A stretch of DNA of 64,000 bases from a virus (lineage: Duplodnaviria; Caudoviricetes), in IMG/VR virus record IMGVR_UViG_3300021375_000006; one strand, written 5' to 3'. The notes under the pieces were generated by a model that did no database searches, was not told the origin of the DNA, and worked only from the letters and a program-made list of their open reading frames with translations. Within the stretch, counting starts at the first letter, position 1; every line of letters starts with the position of its first letter. Positions 21,543 to 31,978 of the stretch are shown one piece after another. The translations under genes and the position numbers were made by a program.

Positions 21543-21606
21543 AAAATAATTGCCTCTAGATTTTTTTATGTCAATTATTTTTCGTATATTAGTACTGTAA
21601 TTAAAA
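21543..21606 (+). promoter_or_regulatory. 64-bp early-promoter repeat, copy 1
   Basis: AAAATAATTGCCTCTAGATTTTTTTATGTCAATTATTTTTCGTATATTAGTACTGTAATTAAAA, 13 nt before the ATG. Confidence 0.75.
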
Positions 21607-21619
21607 ACAAACAATAACT

Positions 21620-22096
21620 ATGTATATTAAAGAACACAAGGGGTATAGCGACGAAACAGTCTACTCTATCGAGCAAAACATTAACGGTAAAATGCACAAG
21701 TTCCATACCAGCGAATATGGCTTCAAATGGGATGTAGAATATGACTATAGGGTCGTTACGAAATGTGTAGCCGGATGGATGACTATCTCAGAAGGTAAAT
21801 CAACTCTGCAAGCCCTAGTTAATAGGTATAAGAAGAATGCCTTACAGACGATCGAACTTAAGTCTACCCACCCAGGGTCAGATACGTATTTAACTGCTCT
21901 TGCACTTAAAGCCAATAAGTTCGCCACAGTGGCCAATTGTATCTTGGAGAATATAACTATAGGTACGATCCATAGCTCTTTCCCAAAGATGGCTGACCAC
22001 GGACACTGGAAATCTATCGGATCTAAAACTTGGGCCGACAACGCTTACAAGTTGGAAGATCAATTCAAAAATATGACAATCGAAGTTATCAAATAA
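21620..22096 (+). CDS. Hypothetical protein (158 aa), plus-strand island
   Basis: ATG with A-rich leader directly downstream of the 64-bp promoter repeat. Confidence 0.7.
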   Translation: MYIKEHKGYSDETVYSIEQNINGKMHKFHTSEYGFKWDVEYDYRVVTKCVAGWMTISEGKSTLQALVNRYKKNALQTIELKSTHPGSDTYLTALALKANKFATVANCILENITIGTIHSSFPKMADHGHWKSIGSKTWADNAYKLEDQFKNMTIEVIK

Positions 22097-22097
22097 T

Positions 22098-22508
22098 ATG
22101 AAACAATTTAACTATAAAGAAATCAAATGTAACGGTATTGGTGGCTCAGGCTACCAAGCCGTTCTTAAACACAAAGATCAAATTCAATCTATCTGTCAAG
22201 AGGTTCGAGACTTACTCGGCGATAAACTCTGGGAAAAGATGATTAAGCAAGCGTCTGAAGTAGATACTTATACTGACTATCACTCAGGTCGTAGATACAA
22301 TAGTGTAGAAGATAACTCTTACCGATTAGTTACCGGAATTGCAAAACATGTATCTTCTTACCTTAACGATGATTTGCTAATTGAGATGCACGTAGGCGCG
22401 GTTCTAAACAACCTAACTATTGACGAAAAGGTTTATATGGTTCTAGATGCTCTTCGCGACTGCGCGTCTGCAGACCATTGGTATACTTTCGAAAAGGACT
22501 GGGGTTAA
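22098..22508 (+). CDS. Hypothetical protein (136 aa), plus-strand island
   Basis: Starts 1 nt after the previous stop; converges on the 602-aa gene. Confidence 0.7.
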   Translation: MKQFNYKEIKCNGIGGSGYQAVLKHKDQIQSICQEVRDLLGDKLWEKMIKQASEVDTYTDYHSGRRYNSVEDNSYRLVTGIAKHVSSYLNDDLLIEMHVGAVLNNLTIDEKVYMVLDALRDCASADHWYTFEKDWG

Positions 22509-24313
22509 AATACAATCGGTACAAAACCTACCATTGGAACTGGTCCGACAGGAGTCGGAATACCACCAAGATAAAGCAACTTAAATTCTAGTAGATGCAG
22601 GGCATAAGCTCCTGCAACTGCTGTACTTACTGCCATCGCGGGTGGTTGTTTTGCCGGCAACTTACTAAAAGACTTACCTGTATTCCAGGCTCTTCTTAAA
22701 TTATTAGCTAGGCGATTTGCACTTCCATAATAAATTGGAATGTAGATACCTGTTAAAGGTGGAGCAATTAACGCTGGAGGAGCAGAAGGAGTTGGCTTAA
22801 ATGGCTTAACAACACAAGCATACCAATATGCAATCGTTACTCTAGCCATCATCATATATGGATCTCCAGAATAGGTCTTACCTCCAGGTGTTGAACCACT
22901 AGGATCCCATGGATGTGCTACTTCTGTTAAATCTTCTTCACATTCTTCGGCTTTCTTTTTAGCACATTTAGCTCTATGGTATTCAAATTTAAAAAGAGTG
23001 CCTTCTGGTTTTGGATTAATTTGAAAGAATGCTTTTTGTGCATCTGCCTTTTTAGAAGCAGCCCTTAATTTAGACTTTGGTACTTTTCTCCACTTCTTTT
23101 CCCATTCATTCTTTTCATACTTACTCTTTACCCAGTTTTTTGATTTAATAAACTTAGGTGCATTAGTAACTACACCGCTTGCATTTGCAGTAAAATTACC
23201 ACTTCTTACTCCAGGGTACCAACTAAAAGTAGCCACTACATTTGAGGTTAAAATCTTTGGTCTTTGGCTAGGGTTTTCCGGTGGGTAGTGTTCAAAATCA
23301 TAAGCCACTTGAATTTTATATTCATTTAATGGGCAGTCTAATTCATAAGGTAGAGTAATCGGCCCTGTTGGATCTTTTTTAATTCTATTTCTTAATAATG
23401 TAGTATTAAAGAATGTCCATGTATTCTCCTCTTCTTCAGGATGTACTTCATGAATAGCTTCAATACAAAGAGTACTAACATTATCTACTAATTCCTTCCA
23501 ATCATAACCAGCATCTTCAATATCATTTCTAGCAGTAGTATTAACATTAGGATAAGGCATGCCAGACCAACCACTGCCAAATCCACTTGAATTGCTATAG
23601 TTCTCTGAGCCAAGACATGCTAACCAAATATAGAATTCCCATTTAGTATTCTTATTTGTAATCCTTTCAAATTGCTGTAATAGTCTAGATGCAAATATCT
23701 TTTCTAATTCATCTTGAGTCTCATTACCATCAATACATGGAAATTGAAAAAATCTAAATTTATATAAGTCGTATTCCTCTTTAGCAGCATCAACGAATTG
23801 ATTAAAAGCCTTATCATTTTCTTTTTCTAATTCTGCTAATTCTTCAGCACTTGGTGGTTCTACTTCTGGGCAAAAATCAGCATAGGCAGGATGTGACTCT
23901 TTCCCCATCTCAATTAGATTACCATCTTCATCATATTGGTCTTGTAGAGGTATATCACCCTCTCTTAATAATCGTTCGAATGCAATACCATATCCCTGTT
24001 TTAACAACAGCTCAGCAGCACCATTATTAATATGGAATTCTGCAACATGGGTTTGTGCATTATTTTTTACAGCTTCAATATAATGTTCTGCAACCTGAAC
24101 TCCAAAATCATATCTACCAGATAATGGGTTTGGATTAATCGCATTTATATAATCAGCTTTATTAGATTTTAAACTATTATTAAGTGGATTACCTACCTCG
24201 GATTTGAACTCAGGAAGATCGTAAGAAACTACAGCTCCACCTGGTTTAGTAAACTGCTGACTTGTAATAGTGTTAGCCAAGTCAGGAATAAATTTAGGCC
24301 ACATTGCAGGCAT
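22505..24313 (-). CDS. Tail/baseplate-module protein of unknown function (602 aa)
   Basis: Directly downstream of the gp5-like spike; Pro-rich hydrophobic C-terminus. Confidence 0.45.
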   Translation of the reverse strand: MPAMWPKFIPDLANTITSQQFTKPGGAVVSYDLPEFKSEVGNPLNNSLKSNKADYINAINPNPLSGRYDFGVQVAEHYIEAVKNNAQTHVAEFHINNGAAELLLKQGYGIAFERLLREGDIPLQDQYDEDGNLIEMGKESHPAYADFCPEVEPPSAEELAELEKENDKAFNQFVDAAKEEYDLYKFRFFQFPCIDGNETQDELEKIFASRLLQQFERITNKNTKWEFYIWLACLGSENYSNSSGFGSGWSGMPYPNVNTTARNDIEDAGYDWKELVDNVSTLCIEAIHEVHPEEEENTWTFFNTTLLRNRIKKDPTGPITLPYELDCPLNEYKIQVAYDFEHYPPENPSQRPKILTSNVVATFSWYPGVRSGNFTANASGVVTNAPKFIKSKNWVKSKYEKNEWEKKWRKVPKSKLRAASKKADAQKAFFQINPKPEGTLFKFEYHRAKCAKKKAEECEEDLTEVAHPWDPSGSTPGGKTYSGDPYMMMARVTIAYWYACVVKPFKPTPSAPPALIAPPLTGIYIPIYYGSANRLANNLRRAWNTGKSFSKLPAKQPPAMAVSTAVAGAYALHLLEFKLLYLGGIPTPVGPVPMVGFVPIVF

Positions 24314-24316
24314 AGC

Positions 24317-25033
24317 TTACTTGTTCTTTTGTTGATAGTTAATATGTGTCGAACCTAATTTTGCAACTGTTGCCGGAGTAGGAGGCATCGGAGGACCAGA
24401 TGGCCCAACACCAGTTGGATGGATATGTGCATTGTAATCATCTAATAGAGCCTGTAACCAATCTTGTAGAGATTGACCTCTTACCGCAGGTTCTGTTTCA
24501 TCTGCTCCAGACTCACCTGTATTAGATACAAATATATCTCCACAATCTAAAAAGACTTTAGCGTCTGTAGAAATCTTAATAAAACCCTCTTCATCAATTT
24601 GAAGCATAGGTCTTTCTTTTGCGCCCTCACCTCTAGTAATGACTAAGCCATCTTCTGGTGAGTGGTAAATTCTTAAGTTACGTTCTGCATCGTAAACCAG
24701 GGATATAACATCTTGTGGTGCGTCAGATGACTCTAGGATGTCTCCCTTTAAGTCATCATTCTGATCTACTTGAAACCAGTATTCTGGGTGGTAGATATTA
24801 CCATTATCAAATCTAACTGCAACAATATCACCAACTCTAGGTACAGCATGTGCACCCACCTGATCTCTATTCATAGGAGTTGCCCATGGAATCTGGTCGT
24901 CTGGTAATTTATCAAATTTACCGAATACTTTTACTCTAACCCTACCTTGAAGAAGTGGGTCTTCATTAATAACCACTTCACCTAACCAATGAGTCTCTCG
25001 TAAATTATCTCTGTAAAGTTCATTATTATTCAT
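24317..25033 (-). CDS. Baseplate central spike (gp5/VgrG OB-fold, short form with HxH apex)
   Basis: WLGEVVINEDPLLQGRVRVKVFG...PWATP...VPRVGDIVAVRFDNGN; C-terminal AHIHPTG. Confidence 0.85.
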   Translation of the reverse strand: MNNNELYRDNLRETHWLGEVVINEDPLLQGRVRVKVFGKFDKLPDDQIPWATPMNRDQVGAHAVPRVGDIVAVRFDNGNIYHPEYWFQVDQNDDLKGDILESSDAPQDVISLVYDAERNLRIYHSPEDGLVITRGEGAKERPMLQIDEEGFIKISTDAKVFLDCGDIFVSNTGESGADETEPAVRGQSLQDWLQALLDDYNAHIHPTGVGPSGPPMPPTPATVAKLGSTHINYQQKNK

Positions 25034-26447
25034 GTACGTTTTCGTTTATTGGTCCATCAGTATCTGGTGGTGTATCACCGTGAATATTATCTGGGCCTAA
25101 TGGGGCTTCTGGTTGAAGTAGTCCATCATTAAGCTCATCATAAATTCTACCTAATTTTATATTATCTGGAGTAGAATCAGATCCAGCTAAACCTACATTA
25201 CCTAAACCACCAATACCAGGACCTCCATTACCATCGTTATTTTTACCTATTAGATTTCCTACTAGGTTGCCGACTGCATTTAAACTACCTGTTTTTAAAG
25301 CAGTTGATATATCATTTATTGTACCACCTAATCCGTGAACATTACCTAAAAGTAGAGACCCTGTTAAATCGTCAGTTGCCTTATCTAAAAGGTTTTTAAC
25401 AATACCAGGTTGATCTGGGTTAGCGAACGAATTAGCAATACTATTTGCTTGAGCAGTAGCTGCGTCTTTTGCATTTTGTAAGACAGATTCAACTTTACCA
25501 ATTGTTCTACCTCTAATAGCATCTAAATATTTCTGACCAGTGGATTGACCCGCACCGTTATCTACTCTACCAATCTTTTGAGCCTCTTCTATTCTTTTAT
25601 TAATAGGTTTATCTGAATCTTCTTTTTCGTTAAACAAGTTCGAACCTAATTTTTGATCTATTTGTCTACATGTACCCCAATTAATTTTAATGCTTGGTCT
25701 TACAGCTTCTGGGTTTTTAGTTAATTCACCAAAAAACGACGCTAAAGAGTCTTTATCAAATTCACAATGGGTAAATCTTAATCTAACAAAAGGAGTTACA
25801 TCAGCCGATGTAAAGTCTTTATTAACATAATTTTCATGTAAATCAGTTACTGTACCACCAGCAGAATTACTTGAATTACCAAAATTAGAATCTTCATTAT
25901 CAGTACTACCTAAGTTTCTAGAATTAGTATCTTTTTGAAATACTCTAATCTCAGATACAATTATATCCATTGAAAATTCTCTTAAGTTTCTAGGTACCAC
26001 CTCTACATATCTTTCAAAATCAAAACAGGCTCTTTTATATAAGTCCATCAAACCAATTGCTGTAAACTCCATGTTTTCTTCTAGACATGTAATTTCTAGT
26101 TCTGGTTTTTCAGCACCTCTCCATGGCTCTGTCATATCACCATAAGTCATAGCAGCATCTAAGCCTTTTAAACCCTGCCAAAACCAAGGCATTTCTTGAT
26201 TAACCTTTCTTAATACTCTATTAAAGTTCTTTAAATTAGCAGCAAGTTTATTTCCAACATCGTCTCTAATTACATCTTGTAGATAACGTTCTGCCGTACC
26301 ATCAAGCAGGGGCGAGTGCCCAACATCAGGGTGGTCGTCAAAATGGAATAATATAAGAAAACTCAAATACGTAGGATCTTCATCAATCAAACGTATTCGA
26401 GAGCCCTTTTTAAACTCATTCCTTGTTCTAAAATCTAAATCTGCCAT
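25026..26447 (-). CDS. Tail tube-fold protein (gp19/gp54-like candidate)
   Basis: Position between hub and spike; beta-rich N-terminal half (LEITCLEEN, VPRNLREFSMDI, FTHCEFD) and low-complexity Gly/Asn C-terminus. Confidence 0.4.
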   Translation of the reverse strand: MADLDFRTRNEFKKGSRIRLIDEDPTYLSFLILFHFDDHPDVGHSPLLDGTAERYLQDVIRDDVGNKLAANLKNFNRVLRKVNQEMPWFWQGLKGLDAAMTYGDMTEPWRGAEKPELEITCLEENMEFTAIGLMDLYKRACFDFERYVEVVPRNLREFSMDIIVSEIRVFQKDTNSRNLGSTDNEDSNFGNSSNSAGGTVTDLHENYVNKDFTSADVTPFVRLRFTHCEFDKDSLASFFGELTKNPEAVRPSIKINWGTCRQIDQKLGSNLFNEKEDSDKPINKRIEEAQKIGRVDNGAGQSTGQKYLDAIRGRTIGKVESVLQNAKDAATAQANSIANSFANPDQPGIVKNLLDKATDDLTGSLLLGNVHGLGGTINDISTALKTGSLNAVGNLVGNLIGKNNDGNGGPGIGGLGNVGLAGSDSTPDNIKLGRIYDELNDGLLQPEAPLGPDNIHGDTPPDTDGPINENVHE

Positions 26448-26467
26448 AGATTATCTATCTTACTTTT

Positions 26468-27976
26468 TTATGCTAGATTTCGAGAACGAGACGGCCACTC
26501 TCTCCTAAGTAGAGTGAAGTAGGTTATCATACCATCCTCTTTATCGTATTTATAGTCAATATTTTCTACCACGTAAAACCCAGATATAAATTTATCCATC
26601 ATCTGGTCCATTTCATTTAGGTCTACTTTAGGTTTACCAGCTTGCATAGGCCTTTCTGTTAAACCAGCCTCTTCTCTCTTTTGATCTGCCTTTTGTTCAG
26701 CTTCGATCTTAACTTTATCATAGTGATAAATGACTACAGGTACTTTAGAAAATTTATACAATGATGGATTAAAACCTTCAACTGTAAGCTTTAATTTCAT
26801 TTTCTCTAATTCCATTTGGTTTTGAGCTCTATGTAGTTTAGTAAATGCAGCGTTGGCATGTGTATTACCTAATCCATCATCACCAGCATTTTGTCTACCT
26901 ACATATTTGTACTTAACCTGATCTTTATACCTCTCGTCCTTTCTATTACCCTTTAGTGGTTCGTCTAATTCAGATAATTCTTCAGTGGTTAAAGGTTCTA
27001 TTGTAAACTCTTGGAATCTTTCTCCAGGTTCAGAATTATTATCATAAATCTGTACGTTTCTAGAGTTACCCGCCTTTAAACTTATTTTAGAAGAATTATT
27101 TACTATTTCAAAGTCTCTAATATAACAACTTAAACCTGTAAGTTCTACATGGTTAGTTAATAATAAAGGTACTTTTACGTTATCTGAATCTGTAGTATCT
27201 TCTGCAGTTCTTCTCTGTGCTTCTGAATTAGCAAACGAAGTTAATACAGACATTACTTCATCTAGCTTAGGATTTTTAGAATTGAATATCTTATTAATAT
27301 CCACATAGGTTAGATAGTAATACTGGTCAATATACCATTTAGCAAACGCGTCATCTGAAATATATGAATCTTCTACAATAGACTTAATAAAATCTAAGAA
27401 AGTTTCATAAGCTTGAATTCTAGACTGCTTATCGTCTGTGCTTTCTACATTTGTAGCCAATCCTAACTCTAAATCTCTAGCAATCTTTTCTAAATGTGCT
27501 AATGAAGTATCTGAATCTAATACTTGACAGTCTTCTCCAAATAACCTAGGTATTTTAGCAATACCCTCTAATGTTATTTCGCTACCACCTTCTACATCCG
27601 GGGAATCCGGTGCTGAAATTACTTCTATTATATCAAAATCCATGTGAACTGACTTAAAAGTCTCTTGGTGTTTTGAATTTAATAGGATTGTAAAGAAGTC
27701 ACCATCTCTGGGCATTGAATCAACTTTAAAAGCACCTAGATCTGTAAAAGATACTGAACATTTAGGTACATTACCACTTAACTCAATTTCAAAAGACTCT
27801 ATATTAACTCTTTTTACCTGTACGCCATTACATAAAATGAAAGGTTCAAATGCACCAATAGCTTTAGTTTGCTTATCTACATTATCACCCTTCTCTTCTG
27901 CTAGGGCTTCCATCTTAATCTCGGTAGGCATAAGAGCCGGCTCAACTACCGCTAATATATGATTATCTAATTCCAT
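26468..27976 (-). CDS. Baseplate hub protein (gp27-like candidate)
   Basis: Size (502 aa) and order gp53-like > hub > tube > spike; GFYVVENIDYKY C-terminal beta pattern. Confidence 0.5.
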   Translation of the reverse strand: MELDNHILAVVEPALMPTEIKMEALAEEKGDNVDKQTKAIGAFEPFILCNGVQVKRVNIESFEIELSGNVPKCSVSFTDLGAFKVDSMPRDGDFFTILLNSKHQETFKSVHMDFDIIEVISAPDSPDVEGGSEITLEGIAKIPRLFGEDCQVLDSDTSLAHLEKIARDLELGLATNVESTDDKQSRIQAYETFLDFIKSIVEDSYISDDAFAKWYIDQYYYLTYVDINKIFNSKNPKLDEVMSVLTSFANSEAQRRTAEDTTDSDNVKVPLLLTNHVELTGLSCYIRDFEIVNNSSKISLKAGNSRNVQIYDNNSEPGERFQEFTIEPLTTEELSELDEPLKGNRKDERYKDQVKYKYVGRQNAGDDGLGNTHANAAFTKLHRAQNQMELEKMKLKLTVEGFNPSLYKFSKVPVVIYHYDKVKIEAEQKADQKREEAGLTERPMQAGKPKVDLNEMDQMMDKFISGFYVVENIDYKYDKEDGMITYFTLLRREWPSRSRNLA

Positions 27977-27985
27977 CTTTTAATA

Positions 27986-28783
27986 TTAGTTACAAGGAGC
28001 GCCGTCGTTAGAAACTCCATCTGCATTACCAGTACCCTGAGGGCCATCACCAGTATTTTGATTACTAGAATTTTCTGTAGCTGTTACACCTCGGCCACCG
28101 CCTGAACCAGAAGTAAGTTTACCTTTACCAACTCCTTTATCTAATAATTTATCAAGTTGATTTTCAGTTAAACCTCTACCGCCGCCAAAACCAGATCCAC
28201 CGCCAGATTCTACGTCAGTTGGTGTAAATGTAGCGGCCAAATCAGGAGCCACATCTTCTAATATATTTTTCACTACAGGGTCATTAAGCTCTCCTCTTTG
28301 AGCCTGCGCACCAAACGTTACTAAACCTTTATCAAACTTATAGTTTTTCTTACCAATAGGTATTACGTTAGGTGGAAGTAAAACTTCTTTATTGTATTTC
28401 TTCTTTAATGCCTCTATTCTTCTATCATCTTTTTTAGAGAATCGCTTACCCTGTAAAAACTGATTTTTAATAGCATTATCTTCGCCTCCTTCTGGTCTAT
28501 CTAATTTATGAAATGCAATTCCAGATGAAGGTATTTCTAATACATCTCCAGCCTGTAATGAGAACGGATCGGAAATGCCGTTATATTTTAAAATAATATC
28601 AGTCTTAGTCTGATCTCCATAATATTCTAATGCGATCAAATCAGGTCTAGTTGCTTCATCATCTTTAACAATATGCTCGCGCACTCCAGTCTGTTCAGCT
28701 TTATTTGTAAATAACATTGTAGGCTGAGTCATTATTAATTTGACTGTATCTTTAGTCTTATTTAAAAGTGTTCTAAAATCCAT
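27986..28783 (-). CDS. Baseplate wedge gp53-like LysM protein
   Basis: HIVKDDEATRPDLIALEYYGD...IILKYNGISDPFSLQAGDVLEIP. Confidence 0.8.
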   Translation of the reverse strand: MDFRTLLNKTKDTVKLIMTQPTMLFTNKAEQTGVREHIVKDDEATRPDLIALEYYGDQTKTDIILKYNGISDPFSLQAGDVLEIPSSGIAFHKLDRPEGGEDNAIKNQFLQGKRFSKKDDRRIEALKKKYNKEVLLPPNVIPIGKKNYKFDKGLVTFGAQAQRGELNDPVVKNILEDVAPDLAATFTPTDVESGGGSGFGGGRGLTENQLDKLLDKGVGKGKLTSGSGGGRGVTATENSSNQNTGDGPQGTGNADGVSNDGAPCN

Positions 28784-28786
28784 CTA

Positions 28787-30598
28787 TTAACCTGCAGCGA
28801 AGTCTGAATTTCTAAGCGTTCTATCGCCAGTCATTCTTCTTCTATCTTTATTTCCAAATTGTGATACATCCATTACATCGTCTAGAGATTTACCTTCAAC
28901 TTCTGGTTGTAAGTACATTCTACCTCTACCTGCATTAAACATAGACTCAATTTCTGATTTATCTCTAGGTCTACCGGGTTTTAGAGTTACTACCATCTTT
29001 AACTTAGATGGAAAACCTTCAAAACCTAAAGGACCTTCAAATTCAAATTTAGCATTTTGTAATGCTAAGTTACCACAAACCAGCATAGGGTTCATAGGAT
29101 TACCTACCGTTAAGTGCCATTGACCTGTTGGATCGCCTGTTAAAAAGGCTTTTACAATATCACCACCAGAGGGAGAACCTAAATGTTTCATTAACGCACC
29201 ACCAACTAGGTTATCCATAATCTTTGAATCACCAATTGCATTGACATCACCTGATAATAAACCTTTTACACCTTTTCCTAAGTCTGCAAATCCAGATCCT
29301 AATGAAGATTTTACTTGTGTCATAACAGAACCCAAATAACCAGCATAATCACCAGACTTTAATTTGTTAAAGTCTCCAAATGGTTTACCCGTAGAACCAC
29401 TACCTGAATATCTAGTGGCACCACCCCAGAAAGGAGCATTGTTATATGTAATCGCTAGTAGATTCGACAGTACGTCCATAAATACTACCTTTGGTGATGT
29501 ATTATCAAAACCTCTTAAGTCATAGTAGAAATTAAGAGTAAATTCTTTATCAAAACTTAAACCTTTATCATCTCTTGCTAATACAGATTTAATTGCATTG
29601 TAAGGTCCATATACGTGGTTAGGATATGTGTCTGATAATGGATCGAAACCATGGCCTTTAGTAGAAATCATATCTGATTGTGCAGCGGAATAACCGTTAA
29701 CACCAGCCTCAACTCCTTTTGCAAAAGGAGACGCTTCAATCATTGCACCTAAAGTACCTCTTCTCTTATCAGCACCTGCAGTTTGAGCTGTTTGAACCGA
29801 TGACTCAACATTTGTCCAACCAAATCCAGTTCCGAATGATAGAATATCTTTCATCTCATTACCTAATTTAGGGGACATCCATGTAATTGCACGTGCTAAA
29901 TCCGGTTCTGATTTATCAAACTCTTTTCCGGCCTCATCATAAGTTACAGCATTTCTAATATCATCTCCTACTGGAAATGCAAATCTTCTTAAAGTAACTA
30001 AAAACTCATTCGAGATTTGACCATAATGTTCAGCCTGAATAAAGTCTCTATAACTATAAGAAAAACCTAAACCACCATTATTTCCAGCATACTCTACAAT
30101 ACGCTTAGCAGTTGGGTTTAAAATATTATCTTTATCTGAGTGTAGTACTGTTTTATTATAGTCTCCATATTTTGGGTTTGAATATGTAGTACCACCTGCA
30201 TAGTTTCTATAATTTAATAATGTCCATGCATTAGATTTAGATCTTATAGATTTAACACCTTCGATAGTTTTTTCCGGGTCTTTAATCTCATAAGCTCTAC
30301 TACCTAAAGCGGCGTTACCATATATTGAATTTTGTTCACCAGAACTTGTACCAGTATTTGTAGTATTACCGGGTGAAGTTACTTCTTGTGACTCAGCTGG
30401 AGTTGACCCTAATGCAGAATTTTCAGAATTAGCTTGTGCGCCTGCATCAGTATTAGCCTCTGACATTGGATTACCATTTGAATCTAATGGTGTATCACTA
30501 GTTACAACGTCTCCAGTCTCAATATTTTGATATTGAAATGCTGAAGACATTCCTCCACCTCCTAATAAAAAGCTAGTATCTATTAATTCACCGCCCAT
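28787..30598 (-). CDS. Baseplate-tail tube junction protein (gp48-like candidate)
   Basis: FTLNFYY and WHLTVGNPMNP...LALQNAKFEF...FPSKLKMVVTLKPG tube-fold pattern; late motif upstream. Confidence 0.5.
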   Translation of the reverse strand: MGGELIDTSFLLGGGGMSSAFQYQNIETGDVVTSDTPLDSNGNPMSEANTDAGAQANSENSALGSTPAESQEVTSPGNTTNTGTSSGEQNSIYGNAALGSRAYEIKDPEKTIEGVKSIRSKSNAWTLLNYRNYAGGTTYSNPKYGDYNKTVLHSDKDNILNPTAKRIVEYAGNNGGLGFSYSYRDFIQAEHYGQISNEFLVTLRRFAFPVGDDIRNAVTYDEAGKEFDKSEPDLARAITWMSPKLGNEMKDILSFGTGFGWTNVESSVQTAQTAGADKRRGTLGAMIEASPFAKGVEAGVNGYSAAQSDMISTKGHGFDPLSDTYPNHVYGPYNAIKSVLARDDKGLSFDKEFTLNFYYDLRGFDNTSPKVVFMDVLSNLLAITYNNAPFWGGATRYSGSGSTGKPFGDFNKLKSGDYAGYLGSVMTQVKSSLGSGFADLGKGVKGLLSGDVNAIGDSKIMDNLVGGALMKHLGSPSGGDIVKAFLTGDPTGQWHLTVGNPMNPMLVCGNLALQNAKFEFEGPLGFEGFPSKLKMVVTLKPGRPRDKSEIESMFNAGRGRMYLQPEVEGKSLDDVMDVSQFGNKDRRRMTGDRTLRNSDFAAG

Positions 30599-30619
30599 AT
30601 AAATATGATTTCTTTTTTA

Positions 30620-30628
30620 TTATATATC
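30620..30628 (-). promoter_or_regulatory. Late-type motif GATATATAA
   Basis: Upstream of the gp48/gp53/hub operon. Confidence 0.55.
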
Positions 30629-30652
30629 TGACTATGTATCAGGATATTATAT

Positions 30653-31249
30653 TTAGATCCACTCTCCTCGGTCTAATTCATCATGATTTGGTCTATAAAG
30701 TATAGTATCGACCCAATCTTTATCCTTAGGGTATCTATCTACTAAAAACTTTTGAAGAGCTTTAACGTATTCACCTTTACTTTGAAACTTAAATTGACCT
30801 GTATATTGAGTACGGCTTGTGAGCTCATAGAGTTCCTTTAGAGCCACTTCTACCTGAAAGTCTTGTATCTTATTGAATAGTTTATCTTGTTCGGCCTTGG
30901 TCTTCACACAAAATACTGAATCGACAGTAATAAGATATTGTTTCCATTTCTCGCCATCAAAGACTCTTTCTTCTAGTGCTTTAACAGTTTTATATTCCTG
31001 TCTTTTTAGGTTAATTCTAGTCTCTTTACCTTCAAAGTCTCTGATAAATCGGCCACCAAATAAATACGCTTTTAAAAAAACTATATTATCATAGAACTTT
31101 TTAATACGAATTTGATACCTAGGGTTTACATCGTCAAATTTAACGTCGTAAATTAGGGCTCGAACTGGAATAAGTACATTTGGGTTTTGTGTAGTAGATA
31201 TTAAAGCTTGTACGTATTCACCTTTAGTAAATATCTTATGCTTAATCAT
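30653..31249 (-). CDS. Hypothetical protein (198 aa)
   Basis: ORF track; overlaps its neighbours in operon fashion. Confidence 0.7.
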   Translation of the reverse strand: MIKHKIFTKGEYVQALISTTQNPNVLIPVRALIYDVKFDDVNPRYQIRIKKFYDNIVFLKAYLFGGRFIRDFEGKETRINLKRQEYKTVKALEERVFDGEKWKQYLITVDSVFCVKTKAEQDKLFNKIQDFQVEVALKELYELTSRTQYTGQFKFQSKGEYVKALQKFLVDRYPKDKDWVDTILYRPNHDELDRGEWI

Positions 31250-31649
31250 GGTCTATAAATCTAACATTATCAAACTTACTGAGTACACCTCTTTTAGGGT
31301 AATCGCATCTGTTGATAATAATTAGATCCATATCATAAAGTTCACCTGTTAGGTCCGCTATAAAATGTTTAAAATTTAAAACAGCATTGCTATCTAAGTT
31401 TTTAAACATATAGAGTAACTTTGCATCATTATTTTCACCTTCTAATTTATCGTTAATTAACTTTTGAATTAATTTACGAATATACAGTGAAACAATTACA
31501 TCTGATGGTTCCTCGCTATACGGGTCACTTTTAACTAGTCTATTTACAATATCGAAATAGGATATAGTTAAATCATAATCACCAGACTTTGCTAATTTTT
31601 CAAACTCAGTCCTAGTTTTACACCAAACACCTTCTATTTTTAGTGTCAT
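31242..31649 (-). CDS. Hypothetical protein (135 aa)
   Basis: ORF track; ATGA-type coupling. Confidence 0.65.
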   Translation of the reverse strand: MTLKIEGVWCKTRTEFEKLAKSGDYDLTISYFDIVNRLVKSDPYSEEPSDVIVSLYIRKLIQKLINDKLEGENNDAKLLYMFKNLDSNAVLNFKHFIADLTGELYDMDLIIINRCDYPKRGVLSKFDNVRFIDHD

Positions 31650-31969
31650 TTCTTTAGTTTAGCCTCCAGTATTTTTAGTTCTTTTTTTAATTCTGAGGCT
31701 CTTAATTTTAATTCAGCTTCATTTGGGTTATACTGTTTACCCCATTCAGTTTTGACTACTATTTTATCTCTATCTAGGTCACTGCCTGTAGCAAGACCTA
31801 AGTCTAAAACAATATCTTTTAGAAACTTAACCTGGTTTGCTCGACCTAAAGCACTGTCAAATTCATATACAACGCGAGAGGTGAATTCCTCACCTCCGCC
31901 ATTGACATTATCATCAATTAAAAACTTGACCACACCATTATCAGCCGGCTCAATTTGAATAGTAATCAT
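31646..31969 (-). CDS. Hypothetical protein (107 aa)
   Basis: ORF track; C-terminal coiled coil. Confidence 0.65.
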   Translation of the reverse strand: MITIQIEPADNGVVKFLIDDNVNGGGEEFTSRVVYEFDSALGRANQVKFLKDIVLDLGLATGSDLDRDKIVVKTEWGKQYNPNEAELKLRASELKKELKILEAKLKK

Positions 31970-31978
31970 TAACTAATA

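Noticed and set aside
28000-28220. Gly-rich C-terminus of the gp53-like protein as collagen (substrate for the lysyl hydroxylase)
   Set aside because: It has irregular Gly/Ser/Asn runs with no sustained Gly-X-Y periodicity.
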